A DNA stretch of 32,064 bases, from positions 1 to 32,064 of the IMG/VR virus record IMGVR_UViG_2693429524_000019; one strand, written 5' to 3'. This document shows, in pieces, positions 1-8,106 of the stretch (position 1 is the first letter of the stretch; every line of letters starts with the position of its first letter). This DNA is from a virus. Lineage: Duplodnaviria > Heunggongvirae > Uroviricota > Caudoviricetes. Under the pieces are notes generated by a model. The model ran no database searches, had not been told where the DNA came from, and saw only the letters and a program-made list of their open reading frames with translations. A program made the translations under genes and the position numbers.

Positions 1-84
1 ATGGCGGGTTATTTGTCCTGGTTATTCCCCCGTTGTAAAATCTCTCCTAAACTTAACGGTACGGCACCACACTTCGGGGATGAA

Positions 85-276
85 ATGTTCGCGCTGGTAC
101 TTTTTGTTTGCTACCTGGATGGCGGTTGTGAAGATATTGTTGTGGATGTCTACAACACGGAACAGCAGTGTCTTCATTCTATGAGCGATCAACGGATCCG
201 CCAGGGCGGTTGTTTTCCGATTGAGGATTTTATAGATGGTTTCTGGCGACCTGCGCAGGAGTACGGTGATTTTTAA
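85..276 (+). CDS. yebW: small uncharacterized host protein, YebW-like (63 aa from the internal ATG; the ORF-track N-terminal extension from position 1 is probably not real)
   Basis: 63-aa product MFALVLFVCYLDGGCEDIVV...GDF; length and position convergent with pphA match the yebW-pphA neighbourhood of E. coli as I recall it; sequence identity not verified. Confidence 0.4.
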   Translation: MFALVLFVCYLDGGCEDIVVDVYNTEQQCLHSMSDQRIRQGGCFPIEDFIDGFWRPAQEYGDF

Positions 277-933
277 TTATTGCAATTGCACAAGAGTCAG
301 TTCGCCCCCAAAGACAGCACCGGTATCAATATAATGCAGGTTGCCAATATCCACGCGATGTCGCAACGGTGTATGACCAAACCAGAAATGATCAGCACCT
401 GTAATTCCCTGCCCTTTTGGGCGTTCACCTAATCGTGAGCGGCTCCACAAGACCTGATGCAAATCAACGTCCTTTTGCCATTCATAAACATCATCTGGAT
501 AATCGGCATGAGCAATAACATGTTTGCCGGTGCGGCTGTGTACTTCAAGAATAAAGGGCAAATGCTGACATTTTTCCAGCGCCGTTTTCGCTTGTTTCTG
601 TTGATTATCTGCCAGCGCAATAAACCAGTCGCCGCCATTCATCAACCACAAAGACATCTGCTGGGATGCCAGCGCATCCATCGCCATCTGTTCATGATTG
701 CCTCTTACCGCACGAACCCAATGTTGTTCCAGTAACTGCAGACAACGTAAACTTTGCGGCCCACGATCGATAACGTCTCCCACTGAGATAAGTAAATCTC
801 GCCACGGATCAAAACGACAATGCCATAATTTGCGGCGCAACTGCTCAAGACAACCGTGTATATCGCCAGAAAGCCAGATATGTCGCCATTGATGACCCGC
901 AATTCTCTGATAAACGGGCGCAGGCTGTTTCAT
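277..933 (-). CDS. pphA: serine/threonine protein phosphatase 1 (PrpA), calcineurin-like metallophosphatase
   Basis: 218-aa product from the second codon (ATG at 933; the track start at 936 is TTG); N-terminus MKQPAPVYQRIAGHQWRHIWLSGDIHG and GDxxDRG / GNHE metallophosphatase motifs match recalled PrpA. Confidence 0.8.
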   Translation of the reverse strand: MKQPAPVYQRIAGHQWRHIWLSGDIHGCLEQLRRKLWHCRFDPWRDLLISVGDVIDRGPQSLRCLQLLEQHWVRAVRGNHEQMAMDALASQQMSLWLMNGGDWFIALADNQQKQAKTALEKCQHLPFILEVHSRTGKHVIAHADYPDDVYEWQKDVDLHQVLWSRSRLGERPKGQGITGADHFWFGHTPLRHRVDIGNLHYIDTGAVFGGELTLVQLQ

Positions 934-1067
934 CAATATTTTCCTCCCGCGCTAAAGATCACATAATCTTAACAAGAATGTTAAAAAACGCTGGACTCAG
1001 ACAGTAGAGTGTGTGTTATGGTTGACTATAAAGTCAGCGAAGGAAATGCTTCTGGCTTTTAACAGAT

Positions 1068-1092
1068 AAAAAGAGACCGAACACGATTCCTG
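1068..1092 (-). ncRNA. sdsR: 3'-terminal fragment of sRNA SdsR (RyeB): distal terminator half plus U-tract; probable prophage attachment core
   Basis: minus strand reads CAGGAATCGTGTTCGGTCTCTTTTT, matching the recalled 3' end of SdsR; similarity decays immediately upstream (GACGAAAA versus recalled GACCGAATA); lies ~135 bp from the pphA start as expected for the sdsR locus. Confidence 0.45.
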
Positions 1093-1397
1093 TTTTCGTC
1101 AACAAACGACAAAATCCTTTAGAATTAATGTGTTAAATAAATTTATGCTCATCTTTTAATCCCTAACACATACCATTACATATTAATACATTCAATTAGT
1201 TACCATTTTTTTCGAGTTTTTTAGAGAAATTTTCGGGAATATTTCAGGTCAATCCATGCATACACAAGCAATTCCTGTATTGAATAATTCCGTAGCAATT
1301 ATGTAAAATCACCTTCGGCTGATTTTCATTCAAACTCGCGCTATCGAACGTCCATCAGCCAGCCGTGGCACGTTCTTGCATACGACGTGCTGCGGTT
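1093..1397. other. AT-rich non-coding prophage arm between att core and invertase gene (probable attP arm with integrase/IHF arm sites)
   Basis: ~300 bp, very AT-rich, no ORF above 20 codons, sits at the tail-fibre end of the prophage where lambdoid P-arms lie. Confidence 0.3.
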
Positions 1398-1987
1398 TCA
1401 TTTATCTCCGACCGGAAACTTCTTATACAAAGTCGATACGCCAACATCATAGATGATCTCCACATTCTGGCGATGAACTCCTGATGCAATTAGTCGCCCG
1501 GCCTGCGCCCATTGTTCTGATGAAAGTTTGGGACGGCGACCGCCAATTCGTCCCTGTGCGCGAGCAGCTTCCAGTCCAGCTTTTGTTCGTTCAACAATCA
1601 GTTCACGCTCCATTTCAGCCAGGGCACCCATGACATGAAAAAAGAAACGGCCATTGGGGTGCTGGTATCAATACTGTCAGTCAGGCTTCGGAAATTCACG
1701 CCACGCTGACGCAACTCTTCTATCAGCGTAACAAGATGCCGCATACTGCGCCCCAACCTGTCCAGCTTCCAGACAACCAGAGTGTCTCCTGCCGATAGTG
1801 TCCTGAGCAGTTTTTTAAGCCCCGGTCTGTCGGACTTAGTGCCACTGATTTTATCCTCAAAAACCCGCTCACATCCCGCGCAGTTCAGTGCATCACGTTG
1901 CAGATCGGTGTTCTGGTCATTTGTTGATACGCGTACATAGCCAATAAGTATGTTAAATCCCCCTGGTAAAAGCAGGAATGATGCCAT
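1398..1987 (-). pseudogene. pin: DNA invertase of the Pin/Gin/Hin serine recombinase family, disrupted
   Basis: two ORF fragments (1598..1987 and 1398..1631) together align to recalled Pin/Gin: ..IGYVRVSTNDQNTDLQR.. then ..MGALAEMERELIVERT..GRIGGRRPKL..; canonical start codon is ATA (the peptide reads ILIGYVRV); a one-base loss near 1648-1651 (ATGGCC where ATGGGCC is expected) shifts the frame between the catalytic and HTH domains. Confidence 0.8.
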
Positions 1988-2005
1988 TTGCTTGTTATTT
2001 CTGCA

Positions 2006-2031
2006 TTTTCATAAACGTTGGTTTGGGAGAA
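2006..2031. repeat. candidate invertase crossover site A (gix/pix-like), adjacent to pin
   Basis: TTTTCATAAACGTTGGTTTGGGAGAA resembles recalled gix/hix consensus (AAACC-NN-GGTTT core); shares core TTGGTTT with site B in inverted orientation. Confidence 0.4.
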
Positions 2032-2487
2032 GGTGCTCCAGCTATTGGCGTTCCGTTCTTCTGGCCGTCCGCTGCAATGCCAAATACTGTAATCGACAGC
2101 TGGTCCAGTATGGTGTTTTTGAAGTTCAACGGGGCGAAATTTTCTGCCTCTGATTACCCTGTGCTGGCAAAAGTGTTTCCTTCGCTGGTATTACCTGAAG
2201 CCCGCGGTGATTTCATTCGTATCTGGGATGATGGCCGTGGTGTTGATAGTGGCCGTGCGTTACTTTCCGCGCAATCAGACGATTTCAAAACGCACGAGCA
2301 TAAATTTTTAGGGCTAAATGGAAGTGGCAGTAATGTAGTGTTTGGCACCGTTTCGAATGCTTCTCCATTATATACCAGCGGCGTTAGTCAGCCGGGTGGA
2401 AGTGCTTTGCCCGCTTTTCAAAACCCAGGCGGTACTGAAACGCGTCCCCGTAACATCGCATTCAACTTTTTAGTAAGGGCTAAATAA
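2021..2487 (+). CDS. alternative tail-fibre C-terminal segment (Sv'), silent orientation, no own start
   Basis: reading frame continuous from crossover core; encodes GAPAIGVPFFWPSAAMPNTVIDSWSSMVFLKFNGAKF...GDFIRIWDDGRGVDSGRALLSAQ, a conserved tail-fibre C-terminus of the Mu S / P1 S / e14 StfE type. Confidence 0.6.
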
Positions 2488-3080
2488 TGAAACCTGTTTT
2501 TGATGAAAATGGGCTGGCTACAGTGCCGGGCGATATGCGTTGTTTTTATTATGATGCAGTAACGTATGAATATACGGGCTGGTCTGATGAATATATTAAT
2601 ACTGGCGTAAGTATGCCCGCCTGTTCCACTGGTATTGACCCTGGCGAATACATTCCGGGGAAAGTGGCAGTATTTACGGGTAAGGGATGGAGCCATGAAG
2701 AAGACCACCGCAATGAGACTGTTTACTCAATCGAAAATGGCGCAGCTGTTACAGTGGATTATATCGGTGCCATCAAAGACGGTTATGTCACGCTTTCACC
2801 GTTAACGCCATACGATAAATGGGATGGTGAGAAATGGGTGACCGATACTGAGGCACAGCATAGCGCTGCAGTAGACGCGGCAGAAGCACAGCGTCAGTCA
2901 CTGATTGATGCTGCAATGGCTTCCATCAGTCTGATTCAGCTGAAATTGCAGGCCGCACGTAAACTGACGCAGACAGAAACAACCCGACTTAACGCCGTGC
3001 TGGATTACATTGACGCGGTGACTGCAACAGATACCAGCACCGCGCCGGATGTCATCTTGCCTGAACTGCCGGAGGCGTAG
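2487..3080 (+). CDS. tail fibre assembly protein (U'/Tfa), silent orientation
   Basis: 197 aa; ATG overlaps the Sv' stop (TAATG); C-terminal ..LNAVLDYIDAVTATDTSTAPDVILPELP is a typical Tfa C-terminus; convergent with the other tfa. Confidence 0.7.
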   Translation: MKPVFDENGLATVPGDMRCFYYDAVTYEYTGWSDEYINTGVSMPACSTGIDPGEYIPGKVAVFTGKGWSHEEDHRNETVYSIENGAAVTVDYIGAIKDGYVTLSPLTPYDKWDGEKWVTDTEAQHSAAVDAAEAQRQSLIDAAMASISLIQLKLQAARKLTQTETTRLNAVLDYIDAVTATDTSTAPDVILPELPEA

Positions 3081-3489
3081 GCCATTCAATATCTGGAGCA
3101 CTGGAGGTATCAACCAGTTCCAGTGCGTCCAGATAATCCAGCCACAAATTATATTGCGCCAGTTCCTCACCTTTCAGACGACCAATAGCTGCTTTACCTG
3201 GCCATTGCCTGTTATTCATGTGCTCATTGGCAGTATCTATGCGCCGCTGACGCTCGTATTCTGCCATCTTTATCAGTTCTTCAGGTGCCAGTGGCGGAAT
3301 ATCACTCCATACGGGATAACCATCATCACCCGCAATCCTCATTTTTCCCTCCGGTGGCTTCTGAAATGCAACAAAAGTCTCTTCATCAACTTCCACGCCT
3401 TTTTCGGGCCACATCCCTGCCGCCTCATAGTCTGCCTGCATTGCTAATGGATAAAATGCGTTAGTTACTGCGTCGTATAAATATTTCAT
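3052..3489 (-). CDS. tail fibre assembly protein (U/Tfa), expressed orientation
   Basis: 145 aa, SD AGGAAG upstream, immediately follows tail-fibre gene; C-terminus ..NLWLDYLDALELVDTSSAPDIEWPTPP is paralogous to the U' C-terminus. Confidence 0.7.
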   Translation of the reverse strand: MKYLYDAVTNAFYPLAMQADYEAAGMWPEKGVEVDEETFVAFQKPPEGKMRIAGDDGYPVWSDIPPLAPEELIKMAEYERQRRIDTANEHMNNRQWPGKAAIGRLKGEELAQYNLWLDYLDALELVDTSSAPDIEWPTPPAVQAR

Positions 3490-3491
3490 TT

Positions 3492-4640
3492 TTATCTTCC
3501 TATTGCTATCCAGTTGGCACCAGCTCCTTTGACAGCCCCCTGACGCGATGACGCGAGATAAAAACCATAGTTATTTATCTTACTTGTCGAGAATGCCGGG
3601 CAGTCTTCTGCACTGGTTGGCGTATCGAAAGAACATGCGACGCGATAATCATCGGTAAAAGGTATCGGGAAATTAACAGCAGTTGGGTAGCCAGCAGAGC
3701 CTGAAATGTTCGTACCAAACTGCATGATGGTGCCGTCAGGAAATTTCACCCAGCCAGGACCTGATGTGAAATTAGCCATTGTCGGAACCTGATTAGCCCC
3801 ATTTCCCAGGTTTGCTGTTGCTGCTGAGCCAAGCCCTAAATTTGCTCGTGCGTCGGCAGCTGTGGTCGCGCCGGTTCCGCCCTGACTAAGCGCTAGAGCC
3901 ATTGGCGTTCCGATATTGTTAAGTACGCCCCATGCACCACTATCATTCACAAACAGCCGATAGTTATCGCTTTGTGAAGTAATGTATGTGTCAACTAAGC
4001 CTTGTACTAAACGATTGACGCCAAGGTTACTACGCGCTTCTGCCAGAGAAGTCCCGCCAGTTCCCCCCTTAGACAGAGGTACTGTGTTCTCCGTTGCCAC
4101 ATCTCCCAGACCAAGATTACTACGCGCGCTGGCAGCATCTTTTGCACCTGTACCGCCAGATGATAATTGCAGTGCAATAGTCCCTGCCTGGGGACTTATT
4201 GAATATGCCCCCCATCCATCATTCTGCACAAAAACATAAGATTTTTTGTTTGGTGACCAAATGCGTGTTTCGTTAGTGTCCTGATCACATCTTTCTAAAC
4301 CAAGATTTTCGAGAGCCGTTTTCACCGTGCCGTCCGATTTGATATCGCCAAACGGATTCTTGCGGCTCAGGTATTCAACAGCAAACCCCGATCCCAGCAA
4401 TTCAACAAAACCGGACAGATCACCATTATCAAGCACATCCCGTTGCGTTTTATCACTTACAAACTGGGCCAGAGCTGCAGCAATAAAGCTGGCCTGCCGA
4501 ATAACCTTATTGACTTGCGCACTGGATGCTTTACCTGCTGTAAATCCGGATAAAAGCGCAGGCAACGCTTCCCATTCCTCCTGCGACATAACATTGGCAT
4601 TTTTACCCGTTGCGAATGCTTTAAAGTCATTTTTTGCCAT
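3492..4640 (-). CDS. tail fibre protein (S): constant N-terminal part plus variable C-terminal part
   Basis: 382 aa from ATG at 4640 (TGATG coupling with upstream gene); three repeats of LSxGGTG..(A/S)xxARxNLGLG; last gene of the baseplate operon before the tfa. Confidence 0.75.
   Translation of the reverse strand: MAKNDFKAFATGKNANVMSQEEWEALPALLSGFTAGKASSAQVNKVIRQASFIAAALAQFVSDKTQRDVLDNGDLSGFVELLGSGFAVEYLSRKNPFGDIKSDGTVKTALENLGLERCDQDTNETRIWSPNKKSYVFVQNDGWGAYSISPQAGTIALQLSSGGTGAKDAASARSNLGLGDVATENTVPLSKGGTGGTSLAEARSNLGVNRLVQGLVDTYITSQSDNYRLFVNDSGAWGVLNNIGTPMALALSQGGTGATTAADARANLGLGSAATANLGNGANQVPTMANFTSGPGWVKFPDGTIMQFGTNISGSAGYPTAVNFPIPFTDDYRVACSFDTPTSAEDCPAFSTSKINNYGFYLASSRQGAVKGAGANWIAIGR
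4290..4316. repeat. candidate invertase crossover site B inside the tail-fibre gene
   Basis: plus strand TCTTTCTAAACCAAGATTTTCGAGAG; reverse complement carries the same TTGGTTT core as site A; encodes ..ENLGLER.. in S, frame-compatible with ..NVGLGEG.. at site A. Confidence 0.4.
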
Positions 4641-5320
4641 CAGAGTAATACTCCCCATGCCCCTACATCAAAACCACTGATAAATTCGTTATCCATATCA
4701 AAACCAAAAAATTTTGAGCCTTCCGATGGGGTTTCCACCGAAGGTGTTTCAATGCCACCCGCCCATACCCCGGCGGCTTTTACTGTGAGATACCCCTGTT
4801 TAATTGCCGCAATTAACTCACGCGATACATCTGAAATATCAGTATCAGGAAAGACCCAGACCGATATCGTCATGTCCTGGTTATCGACTATCTGCATTCG
4901 CAGCCCGGATCCTGCTGTTGCAGCGTCAAGAATTGCCGGAAGCGAATCATTCCGTCCATCCCAGTTATTAATCGCAATCTTCGCTTTAAGAATGACACGA
5001 TAAGTTTCATCGCTGAGATACATGTATCCTGAATCAGGATCGTATGGTCCCTGCCATACCCCCTGATCATATCCAAGCCCGTCGGTATCCCAGCTGAAAT
5101 AGACACCTGAGATAGGCTGGCTGACAACACGGCTACGTCCGATCCACAATCCAAGAATGTCAAGTTGCACACCAACCGCAGAGTCAATATCAAATGCAGT
5201 AATCAGCCCTCTGGTGGCAGCCGCAACATCAATAAGTGGCCGGGTCATCAGATCAACATGCGCAAGAAATTTAGGTTTGGTGGCGTGGTAGTTCGTGATT
5301 AGTTCGGTGTATTTGCTCAT
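4640..5320 (-). CDS. tail/baseplate protein (P2 gpI / Mu gp48-like)
   Basis: 226 aa, ATGA overlap with the J-like gene upstream, position between baseplate J and tail fibre. Confidence 0.55.
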   Translation of the reverse strand: MSKYTELITNYHATKPKFLAHVDLMTRPLIDVAAATRGLITAFDIDSAVGVQLDILGLWIGRSRVVSQPISGVYFSWDTDGLGYDQGVWQGPYDPDSGYMYLSDETYRVILKAKIAINNWDGRNDSLPAILDAATAGSGLRMQIVDNQDMTISVWVFPDTDISDVSRELIAAIKQGYLTVKAAGVWAGGIETPSVETPSEGSKFFGFDMDNEFISGFDVGAWGVLL

Positions 5321-6516
5321 GACTCCACCGTTATAACGATATTTTCCGGGGTACAGGACGCAGATTCGTTGTATCTGATATCAATGTTTGATGACGACAA
5401 AGCCCCCGGGGATTTCCCAATCGTCAGTTCCTGAATATCGTAATAGCGTGCATTCCCGCCACTCACCACGCCAAGATTCGCCGGTGAGTAAATGCGACTT
5501 AAAAGGACCGAATCACCAATCATCAGACTATTGATATAGTCGGAAATAGCCTGCTGGATCTGCTGCCCTATCTGTGAGGTATAACCCGTAAAAACTTTTA
5601 ATTTAATCCGAGCGTAAACAGGCACATCACTGGAACGCGAGAATTTGATTACATGGGGATTGCCGTATTTATCCGGAACCGTAACGGATGTTGTACCGTG
5701 AGTGGCTGTCCCCTGGCCTTTATTTCCTCTGATAGCCTGAGCAATATCCGTCACATCACCGCCATCCACAATTACAGCAACAGAGTGTGGCGGTAACCCG
5801 TTACCGTCCTCCGAACCAGTATCGTTTTCATAGAGTTTGTGGCGGGTTACACCGGTAACATTAGAAACAGCACCATCCAGTGCTTCAAATGGGGTTATTG
5901 ATGGCAACGCAACACTTTGCGACTGGCGGATACGTAACTCCGCATCAGTTTCTGCTGGAGTGCCTACAGTAGCTGCAGCAGGATTGGTTACCGAAACCCA
6001 GCCACGGGTTGGCGTATTAATTTCAGTGATAGTTCCAGCCAGCGCCGCCACTGCACCACTGACGGAACATTTTGCGGTCACCATCACTGTACCATCCACG
6101 CCGACCACCACTGAAGCAGGCAAACGCCATATCACATTATTACTGTCTTTCACGCTGCCATTAATGATGGTTGTTCCGGCAGTTCCTGTAAGAAGCAAAT
6201 CAACCGTAGAATTCGTCGCGCCTTTACGTGAAATACCATTTATTTTCACGTTACTGGTCAGTGCAGCCCCATAGCCGGTTGCCGGTGAAAAACAGTTGTA
6301 GACAGTTATCGCCATATTATTGGCATCATGAATCGCCAGCGCCATCAGAGCCACCATCTGGCCGTCTTTGCTGTCCGGTTCGAGGTAGGCATCACTGCCA
6401 TAAATCTGCTGAAAATAGCTAATCAGGGTGCTGAGTATCGTCTGATAATCAGGCGCACTGATCCCCTCCGCGGTTACCTTTGCAGATAAACCGAGAGAAT
6501 CAAGGTTCAGAGCCAT
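5317..6516 (-). CDS. baseplate J-like protein (Mu gp47 / P2 gpJ family)
   Basis: 399 aa, translationally coupled to flanking genes, position and size typical of baseplate wedge J. Confidence 0.65.
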   Translation of the reverse strand: MALNLDSLGLSAKVTAEGISAPDYQTILSTLISYFQQIYGSDAYLEPDSKDGQMVALMALAIHDANNMAITVYNCFSPATGYGAALTSNVKINGISRKGATNSTVDLLLTGTAGTTIINGSVKDSNNVIWRLPASVVVGVDGTVMVTAKCSVSGAVAALAGTITEINTPTRGWVSVTNPAAATVGTPAETDAELRIRQSQSVALPSITPFEALDGAVSNVTGVTRHKLYENDTGSEDGNGLPPHSVAVIVDGGDVTDIAQAIRGNKGQGTATHGTTSVTVPDKYGNPHVIKFSRSSDVPVYARIKLKVFTGYTSQIGQQIQQAISDYINSLMIGDSVLLSRIYSPANLGVVSGGNARYYDIQELTIGKSPGALSSSNIDIRYNESASCTPENIVITVES

Positions 6517-6869
6517 TACGCCTCCGATGTAACAGTCGTTATTCCATAAAGAGTGTCGATTTCAGCGGAAAACATGACACGTCGGGTCGTGGTATCCACC
6601 GTCGTATTGAAAGAGAGGATTGATTTAACGCCCCGCGTTTCGAGGATGCGCTTACGGATCGCCAGGTTGTAGGTTTCCGGCTTCTGCTTACCGAGTACGG
6701 ACTGGATCCACGGAGTCCCCTCGGTGGTGTCGAGAAACCATTGCCCATACCACAATTCGAATCGCGTTTTTACCGCCTGCGCCACGGCCTCCGGTGAGTT
6801 AATCAGCCAGGTGTCATCACCGCTGCCAAAGGTGTAATCGCCATCGGCGTCTTCACGTCTGTATCGCAT
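6516..6869 (-). CDS. baseplate protein, GPW / gp25-like (Mu gp46)
   Basis: 117 aa, coupled between V-like and J-like genes; size and position match the GPW/gp25 family. Confidence 0.6.
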   Translation of the reverse strand: MRYRREDADGDYTFGSGDDTWLINSPEAVAQAVKTRFELWYGQWFLDTTEGTPWIQSVLGKQKPETYNLAIRKRILETRGVKSILSFNTTVDTTTRRVMFSAEIDTLYGITTVTSEA

Positions 6870-7621
6870 CAGTTTACCCCATCGGTATTGCTTCCACCGC
6901 GCTGAACACCGCCATGAGTGTGCGTATCATCGATTGGCTTGCCGTTAGCCTTCACGCTACCCAAAAACTCAACAGCACCAGTGATTTTTGAAGCCACACC
7001 AGAAACAACAGCCCCCACCATGCCTCCCATCCAGGTTAACAGGCCATGAATGGTTACTTTCTCAGAAAAATCAGCCAGAGGGGCAACCACATCAAGGCCC
7101 CCCGGAGCGACAATTTTAATTTTCCTGGTATCAGGATTAAGCTCAAAATAGGTGCTGCCGTCATCACTACGCAACTGTGTGGCACTGGTATTAATACCGC
7201 TAATCTTCCTTGCCTGCGACTGGGGACCGACAATACAAAACGCATCCGATAAATCATGCATTCTGTCATCGACCGGCTCCTGTATCCCGCCACTCTGCCA
7301 CCAGAAATCAATACAACGATCGGCAAAAATCACCAAACATTCATCACCGGCTTTAACTGGAAACGTTAGCGTACAGCCTCCGCCGCGCGGGAATACCACT
7401 GGTACATCCACCAGCAGGGGTAATGTCGTCGACTGGTTGATTCCATTTGAGTCCGGCTCATAGCCTTTAATCGCAGGTTGAACAACCACTGTTACCGTGT
7501 CCGGATCAAATGACTGGACGATGCCGGGCATAGAAACACGCAGCGCCGACATGACAGAGCCAGCAAGTCTTACATCGGCCTGTTCTTTGCTACCAAGTTG
7601 AGCGCTTAAAGAAACTGGCAT
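6869..7621 (-). CDS. baseplate assembly protein V / central spike (Mu gp45 family)
   Basis: 250 aa, SD GGAGG 8 nt upstream; glycine-rich C-terminus; first gene after the moron terminator. Confidence 0.55.
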   Translation of the reverse strand: MPVSLSAQLGSKEQADVRLAGSVMSALRVSMPGIVQSFDPDTVTVVVQPAIKGYEPDSNGINQSTTLPLLVDVPVVFPRGGGCTLTFPVKAGDECLVIFADRCIDFWWQSGGIQEPVDDRMHDLSDAFCIVGPQSQARKISGINTSATQLRSDDGSTYFELNPDTRKIKIVAPGGLDVVAPLADFSEKVTIHGLLTWMGGMVGAVVSGVASKITGAVEFLGSVKANGKPIDDTHTHGGVQRGGSNTDGVN

Positions 7622-7639
7622 TCATATGCCTCCAGAAAG

Positions 7640-7665
7640 CAAAAAACCCACTCGAAGGCGGGTTT
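7640..7665 (-). terminator. intrinsic terminator downstream of the moron genes
   Basis: minus strand AACCCGCCTTCGAGTGGGTT hairpin (7-bp stem, one GU) followed by TTTTGCTTTC. Confidence 0.6.
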
Positions 7666-7729
7666 TATGTAGCTAGTTTTCTTTCCATGGTGATAGAAGC
7701 AATTACCGTGGAAAGTTAATTTAGCGAAC

Positions 7730-8071
7730 TCATTTCTTATTTTCAGATAGCACCAATCTACATTCTTCTTTTTTTAGAATCGTAAGAGATTGGCCACTAT
7801 CGGAAAAAGAATAACCGCACTCGGAAGCGAGTTGACGCAGAGCTATTTCACCATAACTATCACCATGTTCTTTCATTAACTCATCACCAAAATCCGCCTC
7901 ACGACCATTAGATACAGCGTCCATAGCCGCATTAGAAACAGCCCTATTTGTGATCTCTCTCTTGATGATGTAGTTATCAGCCAGTGAGGTGTGCAGTCCA
8001 AAAAAATCATTCAGCGTTCCACCTACACAAATTGTTGGAGTCAACACTGCGAGAAGGAATATTTTCTTCAT
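7730..8071 (-). CDS. secreted (Sec signal peptide) protein of unknown function, moron
   Basis: 113 aa, N-terminus MKKIFLLAVLTPTICVGG is signal-peptide-like; lies in an AT-rich block unlike flanking phage genes. Confidence 0.5.
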   Translation of the reverse strand: MKKIFLLAVLTPTICVGGTLNDFFGLHTSLADNYIIKREITNRAVSNAAMDAVSNGREADFGDELMKEHGDSYGEIALRQLASECGYSFSDSGQSLTILKKEECRLVLSENKK

Positions 8072-8106
8072 TACAAATGTCTCTTATAGCTGATTTCTTA
8101 AAAAAA

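Larger units (their letters stand above)
2021..4300. other. invertible tail-fibre host-range segment (G/P-segment analogue), ~2.3 kb
   Basis: bounded by inverted crossover sites A and B; contains Sv, U, U', Sv' in the canonical Mu G-segment arrangement next to the invertase gene. Confidence 0.5.

Noticed and set aside
1-84. N-terminal extension of the ORF starting at position 1 (MAGYLSWLFPRCK...)
   Set aside because: The window simply begins with an ATG; the conserved small protein begins at the internal Met at 85. The extension is probably intergenic or upstream-gene sequence.
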